Shown here: positions 45,166-55,326 of the stretch, one piece after another
Position numbering within the stretch: the stretch's first letter is position 1
How the letters are laid out: the number at the start of each line of letters is the position of its first letter
Assembly: GCA_001303025.1 (NCBI GenBank)
Contig: LJNK01000008.1
Span: 663-64,662 of the forward strand
Direction of reading: 5' to 3'
DNA from: Deltaproteobacteria bacterium SG8_13
GTDB taxonomy: Bacteria; Desulfobacterota; Desulfobacteria; Desulfobacterales; SG8-13
Length of the DNA stretch: 64,000 nt
Notes under the pieces: generated by a model
Seen by the model: only the letters and a program-made list of their open reading frames with translations
Databases searched by the model: none
What the model was told of the DNA's origin: nothing
Made by a program: the position numbers and the translations under genes

Positions 45166-46728
45166 TCAACCCGGATAGCCGGTGATTTCACGAATCTTTC
45201 GGTATAGCGGTTTGAGGCGGCGATACATCTTTTTATAAACGTCGTGGAAAAGAGCGTTGTAGAGTTGGTGATTTTTCATGTCGGGTTCAAACACGTCTCC
45301 CATCCGCGACATGGAGGCAACGGCCGTTGGAAAATCCGGGTGCAGCCCGAGACCGACGGCGGCATCGATAGCCGCGCCCAACCCGGAAGTCTCGTAAATG
45401 TACGGTCGGCCCGTCGGCATTCCGAATATATCCGCTGTCAGCTGCATGGCGCTTCTGCTCTGACTGCCGCCCCCGGAAACCCGTATGCCGGTAATGGCGG
45501 TGTTGCTTCTTTTTTCGATTTGCTCCTTTCCTTCCCGGAGGGCATATGCCAACCCCTCTAAAATCGATCGGTACAGGTGCGCCCGGCAGTGGACATCCCC
45601 GAATCCGATAATCGCCCCTTTGGCTTCCGGTCCCGGGTTCTTCAGACCGGGCGTCCAGAAAGGCTGCAGCATCAGGCCCATGGATCCGGGCGGAATGCCG
45701 GCCACCAGATCCTCAAAGAGATCCTCGGCCGCCAGTCCCTTGCGAAGTGCCTCCTGCTGCTCGGGATGCCCGAACTGTTCCTTGAACCAGTGAACCATCC
45801 AGTACCCACGGTAAATCTGCACCTCGACGGTGTAGCAACCAGGCACTGCGGACGGATAGGCAGGCAGCAAAGGTATGGCTTCGACATAGCGGCGATGGGT
45901 GGCGTTGATTGTCGCGGTCGTACCGTAACTCAGACAGCCGACAGAGGGCTCCAGGCTGCCGGATCCAATGACCTCGCAGGCCTTGTCGGCTGCGGCTGCG
46001 ATGATCGGAAGCCCGGCCGGCAGTCCGGTCTCCTCTGCGGCTTGACGGCTCACTTCACCGATGAGTTGTCCGGGCGGAATCAGTTCGGGAAGCTGATGTC
46101 GTTTGACCGGCAGCAACCGCCAGCGCCAGTCGCGATCAGCGCACCACTTCAGCCTCTTGTAATCAAAGGGGATATATCCTACCTGAGATCCAACCGAGTC
46201 GACGAAGGTGCCGGTAAGCCTGTAGAGCAGATAACCCGAAAGGAGCAGGTACTTGTGGGTTTTCTTCCACACTTCCGGCTGGTAGGTTGCGATCCAATTG
46301 GCTTCGGCCTCCGATTGAAGATAGGCGATGGTATCGCGTAATCCGGCAACCCGGAAAAGATGTCCCCACATCCCCTTGAGCTGCGGCAGCCCGGAGGTTT
46401 TGCGCTGATCGAGCCAGACGATCGCAGGTCGCAGCGGCGTTCCCCGACTGTCGAGGTTGATCACCGTGCCCCGTTGGGTCGTGATCGACATCCCGGCAAT
46501 GCAGTCCTTCAGGCTCGGGCTCCCGCGGAAAAGCCTGCGGCACACCCGGCACAGAGACTGCCAGAAATGTTCGGGGTCCTGTTCCGCCCACCCCGGCTGC
46601 CGGGAGTAATACGGTACGAGGGGCAGCCGCTCACAGGCCTTCAAATGGCCATCGATACTGAAGACCAGCGCTTTTATGCTTTGGGTCCCGTTGTCGATGG
46701 CCAGCAGAAGATCTTTGGTCGTCGTCAT
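45166..46728 (-). CDS. FGGY-family carbohydrate kinase (second paralogue)
   Basis: [16 protein letters not shown] is the FGGY_N motif. [25 protein letters not shown] is the FGGY_C motif. The protein is 520 aa. Confidence 0.8.
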   Translation of the reverse strand: MTTTKDLLLAIDNGTQSIKALVFSIDGHLKACERLPLVPYYSRQPGWAEQDPEHFWQSLCRVCRRLFRGSPSLKDCIAGMSITTQRGTVINLDSRGTPLRPAIVWLDQRKTSGLPQLKGMWGHLFRVAGLRDTIAYLQSEAEANWIATYQPEVWKKTHKYLLLSGYLLYRLTGTFVDSVGSQVGYIPFDYKRLKWCADRDWRWRLLPVKRHQLPELIPPGQLIGEVSRQAAEETGLPAGLPIIAAAADKACEVIGSGSLEPSVGCLSYGTTATINATHRRYVEAIPLLPAYPSAVPGCYTVEVQIYRGYWMVHWFKEQFGHPEQQEALRKGLAAEDLFEDLVAGIPPGSMGLMLQPFWTPGLKNPGPEAKGAIIGFGDVHCRAHLYRSILEGLAYALREGKEQIEKRSNTAITGIRVSGGGSQSRSAMQLTADIFGMPTGRPYIYETSGLGAAIDAAVGLGLHPDFPTAVASMSRMGDVFEPDMKNHQLYNALFHDVYKKMYRRLKPLYRKIREITGYPG

Positions 46729-46776
46729 TTCCTGTAGTGCGAACCGGCGGTTGAATTGTTGCGGTGCAGTTTCCGG

Positions 46777-47808
46777 TCAAACGGTGCCCGGCAGCTCAAA
46801 AGCCTTCCTGGCCCGCGCGATGTTTTCCACCGTCCCCATCACGATAAGTGTCATTCCGGCCTTCAGCGGCAGTTGCGGCGACGGGTTGAACTCGATATCG
46901 TCATCCCCGCGACGGGCCGCCACTACCAGAAGGCCGAACCGATCTTTGAGGCCGCAATCCATCAGGGGCAAATCCACCAATCGGGAGCGTTCGGAAACCG
47001 TAATCTGGTGAATCCGCAAATCTCCTTTTCCACTGCGCAGCATCTTGTCGAGAAAGTATACGACAGTGGGGCGGATCATCTCGGATGCCATGCGCATCGC
47101 CCCGATAAAATTGGGCGACACCACACTGTCGGCGCCTGCCTTTTTTAACTTCGGCTCCAGTTTTTGATCGATCATGCGGGTGATGATGCGGATCTTGCGA
47201 TTGTGCATGCGGGCGGACATGGTGATGTAAAGGTTGTCATTGTCAGCCGGCAGGGTGATGATGATGCCGCCGGCGTTTTCGATTCCTGCAGCAAACAGGT
47301 TTTCGTCATCGGTAGCGCTGCCTTGAATATAGTAAAGGTTCGCGCTCGTGATGGTCTTGCAGCGCTCTATGTTTTCGGTGTCGTTATCGATGAGCACCAC
47401 CGCTTCCCTGTTTTTCGCCAGCTCCTGCAGCACAAGCCGTCCGGTTTCCCCGCCGCCGCACACAATGGTATGGTTGCGCAACTTTTGAATTTGTTTCAGC
47501 ATTTTATTTTTCCTCAGGATTCCGGTTAGTTCTCCCTCCACGATCGCCGCCGTCAACGTGCTGATGCCATAGAGCAGGATGCCCATGCCGAATGTGATCA
47601 ACACCATGGTGTATATCTGGGCCGGGACATTGCCGCTGACTTCAATGACTTCCCCGTAGCCGACCGTAGTCAGGGAAATGACGGTCATGTAGACACAGTC
47701 CAGAAATCGCGGCTGGCCGCCGAAGAGGATGTAGTATCCGGTGCTGCCGGCCAGAATGACAACAAATATGAGAAGGATGACACTGTAGACCTGCCGCTTG
47801 ATCCTCAT
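46777..47808 (-). CDS. Potassium channel with RCK (TrkA-N/TrkA-C) domains
   Basis: It has two TM helices plus a pore helix, with the filter TTVGYGE. The RCK Rossmann motif is IVCGGGETGRLV, and a TrkA-C-like tail is present. Confidence 0.85.
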   Translation of the reverse strand: MRIKRQVYSVILLIFVVILAGSTGYYILFGGQPRFLDCVYMTVISLTTVGYGEVIEVSGNVPAQIYTMVLITFGMGILLYGISTLTAAIVEGELTGILRKNKMLKQIQKLRNHTIVCGGGETGRLVLQELAKNREAVVLIDNDTENIERCKTITSANLYYIQGSATDDENLFAAGIENAGGIIITLPADNDNLYITMSARMHNRKIRIITRMIDQKLEPKLKKAGADSVVSPNFIGAMRMASEMIRPTVVYFLDKMLRSGKGDLRIHQITVSERSRLVDLPLMDCGLKDRFGLLVVAARRGDDDIEFNPSPQLPLKAGMTLIVMGTVENIARARKAFELPGTV

Positions 47809-47965
47809 GGCCCTGACATATACCAGCGCTGCTCGGACTGTAAAGGGTTTTCTCGGCGATTACAGGAACTTGAAAGATCTTTACAAACAATGGTGCATGC
47901 TCTATATTTCTAGTTTATATTAAAGATGCATGCAACCCGCCTACGCTTTCGGCGAAGAGGCACGA

Positions 47966-48625
47966 ATGGAAACCCCGACACCACTGGTAATCGCCACACG
48001 CAATTCCGGCAAGGCCGCCGAAATAAAGGATCTGCTGCGGGGATTTTCGGTTGAGATAAGAAGTCTGGCGGATTTCGGGCCTATTCCTGAAGCCGAAGAG
48101 AACGGTGAAACCTTCGAAGAAAACGCCTACCTGAAAGCCAGCCTGACCGCCCGCGTGTTAGGCATGACGGCCATGGCGGACGATTCCGGCCTGGTGGTCG
48201 AAGCTTTGGATGGGGCTCCCGGCGTGCATTCGGCACGATTCGCGGGCCCGGAGGCGACCGATAGAGACCGTTGCGAAATCATCCTGCAGAAAATGCGGGG
48301 GATAACCGATCGCCGGGCGTCCTTCCAATGCGTTCTATCGATCGCCGTTCCCACCGGTGCGGCCTTGACCTATTCGGGGCACTGCGAAGGCCGCATTTCC
48401 GAAAAACCGGCGGGCGAAAACGGATTCGGTTATGATCCGATCTTCTACTACCCGCCGCTTCGCAGAACATTCGCCCAGCTGACCCGGGAGGAAAAAAACC
48501 GTGTAAGCCACCGCGGCAGGGCACTGGAAGAATTGAAGCAGGAGTTTCATAAAGTTTTGGTCTGGATCGATCAGCAGACGCCCCGACAGCAGAATGTTAT
48601 CTGCCACCACCTATCGCACGATTAA
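47966..48625 (+). CDS. rdgB: Non-canonical purine NTP pyrophosphatase (RdgB/HAM1 family)
   Basis: LVIATRNSGKAAEIKDLL..ENGETFEENA.LKA..ADDSGL.V.AL.GAPGV.SARFAG..GENGFGYDPIF..TFAQL..EKN.VSHRG.A matches the family. The likely start is METPTP at 47966, and the ORF is open to 47930. Confidence 0.9.
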   Translation: METPTPLVIATRNSGKAAEIKDLLRGFSVEIRSLADFGPIPEAEENGETFEENAYLKASLTARVLGMTAMADDSGLVVEALDGAPGVHSARFAGPEATDRDRCEIILQKMRGITDRRASFQCVLSIAVPTGAALTYSGHCEGRISEKPAGENGFGYDPIFYYPPLRRTFAQLTREEKNRVSHRGRALEELKQEFHKVLVWIDQQTPRQQNVICHHLSHD

Positions 48626-48673
48626 CGAATCGGCACGCTTGCTGCCGCCGCATTATAACGGGAGACCATTATC

Positions 48674-50650
48674 ATGATGAAAAAAAACGAAGGCGTCGAC
48701 ATTGTTATGGAGATCGGAGGTGTTCAAACGCAACAGGCGGCCGATCAATTCCTGCAGCAGCACCTGGACGCCGACAGCCTCTCTCGGCTTCAACAGATTC
48801 GCCTTCCGGCCGCGCGGCTGAAAATTGCCAATGCCATCGCCATGTGCCGCCCGGATTCGGTCTTCATCAACACCGGAACGGAAGCCGATCTACAGTATAT
48901 CCGGAATCTGGCCATCGAAAAAGGGGAGGAATCGAAACTTCCCATGCCGGATCACACGATTCATTACGACCTGAAAGAAGAACAGGGCCGGATCATCGAC
49001 CGCACATTCTATATCTCCAACCCCGCAGACCTGGTCAACTCTCTGGCCAATCGGATCGATCGCACCGAGGCGCTGGAGGATGTTCGCCAAAAAATGGTCG
49101 GCATCATGCAGGGCAAAGTCATGATGATCGGATGTTACACCCGCGGGCCGATCGGCGCTCCGGTATCGGACCCGGCCCTTGAAATCTCCAGTTCCGCCTA
49201 TGTTCTGCACAGCGCCGAGCTGCTCTACCGCAATGCGTACGCGGATTTTGACAAGCAGGTTCAACAGACGGGGTATTTTTATACCAACATTCACAGTGAA
49301 GGCCTAAATCGCCCCGAGGATCTGCCGCATGCCCGCGTCTATATGGACCGCAGCCATCAGACCACCTACAGCTTGAACTGCACCTATGCCGGCAATACGC
49401 TGCTGCTGAAAAAAGGCAACCATCGATTCTCCGTCGACCGTTCGGTGTACGAAAAAAGAGGGTTGGAACTCGCTGAGCACATGTTCATCACCGGTATCGA
49501 CGGCCCGGGAGGACGAATCACCTGGGTGACCGGCGCGGCGCCCAGCGGTTGCGGTAAGACCACCACGGCCATGGCCGGTGATCACTTCGTCGGCGATGAC
49601 CTGGCCCAGATGTGGATCGCCGGTGACGGCAGCGTTCGATCCGTTAATCCCGAGTGCGGCATCTTCGGCATCGTGGAGGATGTCAATTGGGAGGGAGATC
49701 CCAAACTGATGGAATGCCTGCGGAATCCGGGAAGCGAAGTGATCTGGTCCAACGTGCTGATTGATGAAAACGGCGTTCCCCAATGGACCGGTAACGGCGA
49801 AGATCCGCCGCCCCGCAAGGGAGTGAATTTCCGCGGGCCCTGGGAGGCCGGCATGGTCGATGCCAACGGCAAGCCGGTCCCCATTTCTCACCCCAACTCC
49901 CGCTGTACCCTGGCATCCAGGTCCCTGGCCAACTTCTCCGCAGCGGCCGAAGACCCCGCCGGGGTGGAGACCCGAGTGATCACCTACAGCGGACGGGACA
50001 GCGACACCATGCCCCCGGTATGGGTGGCCAAAAATTCCGACCATGGCGTGGTGATCGGTGCCTGCATCGTTTCGGCCGCCACTGCCACCGAAGTCGGCGC
50101 CACCGGCGTGCGTCGCGCTCCGTGGGCCAATGCGCCGTTCATCCCCGGCGCACTCGGGGACTATATGGACAGCCAGTTCAAGTTTTTCGGCAGCAGCACA
50201 ATCGCAGACAACCGGCGCCCCATCCTGGCGGGGCTGAATTATTTTTTGACCCACGAAGCCCGCGGAGGGGATTCCAAAAAGCTGCTGGGTGAAAAGCGCG
50301 ATGTGAAAGTGTGGCTGGCATGGCTGGAGCGAAGGGCCCACGGAGATGTCGATGCCATCGACACCCCCGTTGGATATCTGCCTTTTTACGAGGACCTGCA
50401 GCGGCTCTTCAAAAAACTCATCGACAAACCCTATCCCCGGGAGCTCTACAACAAACAGTTTTCTCTTTATATCGACAACATCATCGCCCGAATCGACCTG
50501 CAGTCGGAAGCCTACGGAAAGGAAACGAACATCCCACAACGGCTCTTCGAAGTGCTCGCCGAGCAGCGTGAAGCACTCGCTGCCTTGAAACAGCAGTTCG
50601 GCCCGGTTGTCAGCCCGTCAGATTTAACCACGACACATTCCCGCGCATAA
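48674..50650 (+). CDS. pckG: Phosphoenolpyruvate carboxykinase (GTP)
   Basis: The protein is 658 aa. The kinase-1a P-loop is GAAPSGCGKTTTAM. ISHPNSRCT, GDDLAQMWI and YFLTHEARGG are typical of GTP-dependent PEPCK. Confidence 0.88.
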   Translation: MMKKNEGVDIVMEIGGVQTQQAADQFLQQHLDADSLSRLQQIRLPAARLKIANAIAMCRPDSVFINTGTEADLQYIRNLAIEKGEESKLPMPDHTIHYDLKEEQGRIIDRTFYISNPADLVNSLANRIDRTEALEDVRQKMVGIMQGKVMMIGCYTRGPIGAPVSDPALEISSSAYVLHSAELLYRNAYADFDKQVQQTGYFYTNIHSEGLNRPEDLPHARVYMDRSHQTTYSLNCTYAGNTLLLKKGNHRFSVDRSVYEKRGLELAEHMFITGIDGPGGRITWVTGAAPSGCGKTTTAMAGDHFVGDDLAQMWIAGDGSVRSVNPECGIFGIVEDVNWEGDPKLMECLRNPGSEVIWSNVLIDENGVPQWTGNGEDPPPRKGVNFRGPWEAGMVDANGKPVPISHPNSRCTLASRSLANFSAAAEDPAGVETRVITYSGRDSDTMPPVWVAKNSDHGVVIGACIVSAATATEVGATGVRRAPWANAPFIPGALGDYMDSQFKFFGSSTIADNRRPILAGLNYFLTHEARGGDSKKLLGEKRDVKVWLAWLERRAHGDVDAIDTPVGYLPFYEDLQRLFKKLIDKPYPRELYNKQFSLYIDNIIARIDLQSEAYGKETNIPQRLFEVLAEQREALAALKQQFGPVVSPSDLTTTHSRA

Positions 50651-50664
50651 CCGTCCAGAGCCGA

Positions 50665-51969
50665 ATGGAAGGGAGCAGATCACCAGTGCCGACGACCCGA
50701 TCCTCGCAGGCCCACCAGCAGAACGTCCGGCACCCGGGCAAACTGCCTGAATCAATTGTAAAAACCGTATTCAGCCCGAAAATGCTGGTGGCGCTGCTGA
50801 TGGGTTTCTCGTGCGGCTTGCCCCTGCTGCTCACCATCAGCGTCCTGCAGGCCTGGATGAAAGAAGCCGGCATCGATCTGACGGTGATCGGACTCATGGC
50901 CCTTGTGGGCCTGCCATACACCGTGAAGTTTCTGTGGGCCCCGTTCCTGGATCGCTTCACCCTGCCGTTTCTCGGCCGCCGGCGGGGCTGGCTGCTTGCT
51001 GCTCAGCTGTTGCTGGTAATATCGATCATCGCTTTGGCGCTGACCGACCCGGTTACCCACCCAGCGATGGTTGCCGCAGCCGCACTGGCAGTAACATTCT
51101 TCAGCGCATCTCAAGACATCGTGGTGGATGCCTATCGACGAGAGGATCTTTCGGACGCAGAGCTGGGCCTGGGTTCCTCGCTGTACATTAACGGCTATCG
51201 CGTCGGCATGCTGCTGGCTTCCGGTGGCGGCTTGATCATGGCCGATCACATGTCATTTCCAGCAGTGTATGTAATCATGGCGACCTGCATGCTCCCGGGT
51301 ATCGTGACTACAATTTTGGCACCGGAGCCCATTGCCGCTGAGGGAAAACCCGGGAGCCTTCGAGAGGCGGTCATCCAGCCCCTGGTAGAATACTTCAGCC
51401 GCAGCGGTTCGGTCTGGATTCTGGCCTTTATCCTGCTCTACAAAATCGGCGACACCATGGCCAGTACCATGACCACCCCCTTTTATCTCGATATCGGATT
51501 TTCCAAGACCGAAATCGGAACGGTGGTCAAGCTGTTCGGGTTCTGGGCCACGGTTGCCGGGGGCCTGGCCGGCGGCGTTTTGATGATCCGCCTGGGGATC
51601 AACCGCAGCCTGTGGATTTTCGGTATTCTGCAGTCCTTGTCGACCGCCTTTTTTGCGGTACTGGCCCGTGTCGGGCATCACATCGGGGCACTGTCATCGG
51701 TGATAGCCTTTGAAAATCTCAGCAGCGGCTTGGGAACCGCCGCTTTCGTGGCCTTTATGGCCAGCATCACCAACAAGAAATTCACCGCCACCCAGTATGC
51801 CTTGCTGTCCAGCCTCATGGGCGTGCCCAGGGTGTTTGCTTCGGCTCCTACCGGATTTCTGGCCAAACATTTCGGCTGGGAAGCGTTTTTTATTTTCTGT
51901 TCCCTGGTGGCGATCCCCGGCATGCTGTTGCTGCTGCGATTCGCTCCATGGCACTTGCAGAGGCATTAA
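50665..51969 (+). CDS. ampG: AmpG-family muropeptide/MFS permease
   Basis: MLVALLMGFSCGLPLLLTISVLQAWM, PYTVKFLWAPFLDR and GRRRGWL are AmpG signatures. The protein has about 12-14 TM helices. The exact start is uncertain. Confidence 0.85.
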   Translation: MEGSRSPVPTTRSSQAHQQNVRHPGKLPESIVKTVFSPKMLVALLMGFSCGLPLLLTISVLQAWMKEAGIDLTVIGLMALVGLPYTVKFLWAPFLDRFTLPFLGRRRGWLLAAQLLLVISIIALALTDPVTHPAMVAAAALAVTFFSASQDIVVDAYRREDLSDAELGLGSSLYINGYRVGMLLASGGGLIMADHMSFPAVYVIMATCMLPGIVTTILAPEPIAAEGKPGSLREAVIQPLVEYFSRSGSVWILAFILLYKIGDTMASTMTTPFYLDIGFSKTEIGTVVKLFGFWATVAGGLAGGVLMIRLGINRSLWIFGILQSLSTAFFAVLARVGHHIGALSSVIAFENLSSGLGTAAFVAFMASITNKKFTATQYALLSSLMGVPRVFASAPTGFLAKHFGWEAFFIFCSLVAIPGMLLLLRFAPWHLQRH

Positions 51970-53720
51970 AAGACTTGGTGGAAAAAGAAACGAAAAAAAA
52001 CGGCCCGCTCGCGAAGATTCGGGACCTTCACCAACGGCGAAGGGATCTAATGGCCCTGGCGCCGGAAAAGGCCCTGGACCAGATTCTGGATGCCGACAAT
52101 TCGGTAGCGCTGGTGCATGCGTTTTCCGAGCAGGACTTCCACCTGCTGGTGCACGACATCGGCCCGGAGGATGCACTGCCGCTGCTGTCCCTGGCCTCCG
52201 ACAAACAGTGGGAGTACCTTGTGGATGCCGAGGTCTGGGACCGCGATCGCCTGGATCTGGCCGCCATAACGCGGTGGTTCGATCTGCTGCATCGCTCAGA
52301 TCCCATCCGGGCGCTCCGATGGCTGGTTGAACACAAGCTGGAGCTGCTGGAATTTTACCTGTTTAGCAACATAGAAGTCCGCATTCGCGAACACGACCAG
52401 GACCCGTCGGATTTCGGAAAAGAATGGTTTTCGGTCGACAACCACTTCTACTTGCGAATCATCGGCGACTTGTCCGCGGAAATTTCGGATCTGGGAGAAA
52501 TCGACAAGGATCGATTCCGCCAGTTTCTCGAAACGCTGGTCCACAGCCTGGCGGCCGCAGATCACATCACGTACCAAAAAATCCTGCTGGAAGCCGTGCA
52601 CATCATCCCGGCCGAGAGCGAGGAGGAAGCCTACCGGCAAAGAAACGTGCGGCTGGCAGAAAAGGGATTCCTTCCGTTTGAAGAAGCGGTCGGAGTCTAC
52701 CAGGCGCTGACCGCCGAGCAGCTGATGGGAACCGGTCACGGGCGTCCCCGCAGGTCTTCGGGCGATACGCGCCTGTCCATAACAATGTATCCGGCGCAAT
52801 TGATGCAGCCAAAGAGCGAATTTACCCGTGCGCTGACTCGATTGGACTCTGCCGCCGCCGTCGAGCGGGCGCAATCCGAGTTCGCCGGATTATGCAACCG
52901 CCTCATTGCGGCCGACTGCAGGAAGGTCAAAAGCAGGGATGACCTGCAGCAGGTCGTGCGCAAAGCCTGCGGTTACCTTTCCATCGGTCTGAACGAACTT
53001 GCAAGCCTGCCCCAAGAGCGTCTGCCCGCAAAAAAGGCACAATCGGTTGAACTGATTCAGCGGTACTTGATGGAGGATATCTTCCGGGTCGGCTACGGCC
53101 GGGCGCTGCGGTTGAAGTGGCGCGCCCAGCACTGGCTGAAGCAGGCGTGGTTTGCCTCCAAGGGATTGTCTCTGACTTTCTGGGGCGAGGCGTGGCTCGG
53201 CGTGCTAGGCGGCGTGCTGCTGAAAAAGCCGCTTTACTTCGATAATTACAGAACCGCAACGCTGTACCGTGACTTCGAGACGACCGAGGAAATCCGGGAG
53301 GTCGATAGTGTTCTGCAGGCAATCATCGCCGTCGACGACCTCCTTTCGTTGTCCCGGTTAGATCCCCAGCCGCTTTTATCTTATCGTTTTCTGACCTATA
53401 AAAACTTCCTGCTGACCACCTGGGCATGCGACCACCTCGGTCTTTCCGGGGCTCCGGCACCGTTGAGCCTTCCCGCCTTCAGGAAGTTTTACCAGCAGCT
53501 GTGGGTACCCGGCTCCGAACCGGGCCAAATCCGCCAACACATGCGGGAGTCGTTTCTGCACTGGCTGGCCACCCAATCCGGCCTGCGTGAAGAACAGATC
53601 AGTGCGAACCTGGCAGCAACCTTAGAGAGCCTGTTTCTGGAGCTGGAGGATGAATACGGGCCGGTCAAGGCAAAAGATCTCGACCCCCGGTTTATTCAGC
53701 ACTTTTTGATCGAACGGTAG
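51948..53720 (+). CDS. Large conserved-looking hypothetical protein (590 aa), function unknown
   Basis: The ORF is long with balanced, helix-rich composition. Its start overlaps the ampG 3' end by 22 nt. The N-terminal LDQILDADNSVALVHAFSEQDFHLLVHDIGPEDALPLLSLAS is reminiscent of MgtE-N-like helical repeats. No catalytic motif was recognised. Confidence 0.65.
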   Translation: MALAEALKDLVEKETKKNGPLAKIRDLHQRRRDLMALAPEKALDQILDADNSVALVHAFSEQDFHLLVHDIGPEDALPLLSLASDKQWEYLVDAEVWDRDRLDLAAITRWFDLLHRSDPIRALRWLVEHKLELLEFYLFSNIEVRIREHDQDPSDFGKEWFSVDNHFYLRIIGDLSAEISDLGEIDKDRFRQFLETLVHSLAAADHITYQKILLEAVHIIPAESEEEAYRQRNVRLAEKGFLPFEEAVGVYQALTAEQLMGTGHGRPRRSSGDTRLSITMYPAQLMQPKSEFTRALTRLDSAAAVERAQSEFAGLCNRLIAADCRKVKSRDDLQQVVRKACGYLSIGLNELASLPQERLPAKKAQSVELIQRYLMEDIFRVGYGRALRLKWRAQHWLKQAWFASKGLSLTFWGEAWLGVLGGVLLKKPLYFDNYRTATLYRDFETTEEIREVDSVLQAIIAVDDLLSLSRLDPQPLLSYRFLTYKNFLLTTWACDHLGLSGAPAPLSLPAFRKFYQQLWVPGSEPGQIRQHMRESFLHWLATQSGLREEQISANLAATLESLFLELEDEYGPVKAKDLDPRFIQHFLIER

Positions 53721-53731
53721 CCCGGAGGTCT

Positions 53732-55294
53732 TCACCGCGGCGGCAGGCGGGCGGCGACTGAGGGAAACCGGCCCAGGTCGGTGTGCGGGAGGAATTTTGC
53801 GGCGGAAAACCGCAGCATGAAGTCCTGGTTGACGTTCAACTCGAGATAGGTAATCCGGTCGCGGATGTGATCAATCACTTCCAGCGAGCCCGGAGACGTG
53901 AGCACCTTCGTTGCCCCTTCCAGAGAGCTGTTTCCGAGAACCTGAAAACGTTCACGGGGCAGGTCCGGCAGCATGCCGATGGTGATGGCCGAATCTGGCC
54001 GAATGAATGCACCGAACGTACCGGCAACGAAATACCGGTCAATCTCCTGAAGGTTGATACCGACGGAACCGGCAATGGTTTCCAGAATCGTATACATGGC
54101 CGCTTTGGAGCGAATCAGGCTGTCGAAGTCTGCCTGGCTGATGGTTATCGCCGGTCCGTCGGCGGTCTCGGCCGGCGGCAGCAGCACCAGGTGCTGGGCA
54201 CCGTCTCGCTGCACAAATCGGCCCGGGCAGCTGTCCGCCAGGAAACGACCGCGAATATCGATCATGCCGGCGGTGAGCATCTCGGCCGCAAGATCGATCA
54301 AACCGGAGCCACAGATGCCGCAGGGTGAACCATCGTCGATGGTGTGGATGTCGAACCGCCGGGTTTCGGAGTCAATGCGAACGCGATCGATCACACCGGG
54401 TCCAGCAGTCGTGCCCATCTGCGTGACACCACCTTCCAGCGCGGGCCCGGCCGCACCGGCACAGGCGATCAACCACTGTCGATTGCCGAGCACGACCTCG
54501 GCGTTGGTGCCGACGTCCACCAGGACGGCCGTCTGCTCCATCTCGTGCAGGCCCGATGACAGGATCCCGGCGATAACATCTCCGCCGAAATAACTGCCGA
54601 TGTTCGGGAAGACAAAAACCCGGGCAGCGCTTGCTGCCCGGATCCCCAGATCACGGGCCCGGAGCAGGCCTGGCCGGTTGACGACCGGGATATACGGTTC
54701 ACGGATAATCCAGTAAGGGGTCAATCCCAGAAACAGGTGGGTCATGGTGGTGTTGCCGGCAACGGCCATCAGCAAAACCTGTTCGGGAGTCAACCCGCAG
54801 CCGCGGCAGAGGTCTTCGGCATGCCAGTTAACGGCTTCGATAATCTGCCTGTGCAAGTCCTGCAAGCCGCTGCCTTCCCCGGCGTAATGCACCCGCGTGA
54901 GGATATCCGCACCGACGTCGATCTGGGGGTTGTCGAAAACCTTCTCGCCGAAAACGCGGCCCGTAGACAGGTCTATGGCTCGCAACACCACTTTGGTGGT
55001 TCCCAGATCCACGGCCAGCCCTACCGAAACGCCCTCTTCTGCCCCGCCGTGAATTCCCGTCAAAAACCAGCGGCTGCGGTCTCGCGCCAGGGTGCAGCGA
55101 ACGCTGTAGTTCGACTTGCGCAGCAGTTCGGGAATCCGGTGAAGCGTTTCCAGGTCGATGTGCAGATCGAAGGGATCGACGGCAAGCCGGGTTTTCAGCG
55201 CTTTGGCCAGCCGGTCGGCATCGGCCGTGTTGTCCTGAAGGCTCGGCGGTGATAGGGTGACGGGTACCACCCAGCTGTTGCAGTCTTCAGCCAT
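53732..55294 (-). CDS. ASKHA-fold ATPase of the RACo / DUF4445 type, lacking the N-terminal 2Fe-2S ferredoxin domain
   Basis: LAVDLGTTKVVLRAIDL, AVLVDVGTNAEVVLG and ICGSGLIDLAAEML are actin/HSP70-like phosphate motifs, laid out as in corrinoid reductive-activase-like proteins. There is no Cys cluster at the N-terminus. Confidence 0.75.
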   Translation of the reverse strand: MAEDCNSWVVPVTLSPPSLQDNTADADRLAKALKTRLAVDPFDLHIDLETLHRIPELLRKSNYSVRCTLARDRSRWFLTGIHGGAEEGVSVGLAVDLGTTKVVLRAIDLSTGRVFGEKVFDNPQIDVGADILTRVHYAGEGSGLQDLHRQIIEAVNWHAEDLCRGCGLTPEQVLLMAVAGNTTMTHLFLGLTPYWIIREPYIPVVNRPGLLRARDLGIRAASAARVFVFPNIGSYFGGDVIAGILSSGLHEMEQTAVLVDVGTNAEVVLGNRQWLIACAGAAGPALEGGVTQMGTTAGPGVIDRVRIDSETRRFDIHTIDDGSPCGICGSGLIDLAAEMLTAGMIDIRGRFLADSCPGRFVQRDGAQHLVLLPPAETADGPAITISQADFDSLIRSKAAMYTILETIAGSVGINLQEIDRYFVAGTFGAFIRPDSAITIGMLPDLPRERFQVLGNSSLEGATKVLTSPGSLEVIDHIRDRITYLELNVNQDFMLRFSAAKFLPHTDLGRFPSVAARLPPR

Positions 55295-55326
55295 TTTTCA
55301 CGGATTGACTGGATTGATGAGTTGGA

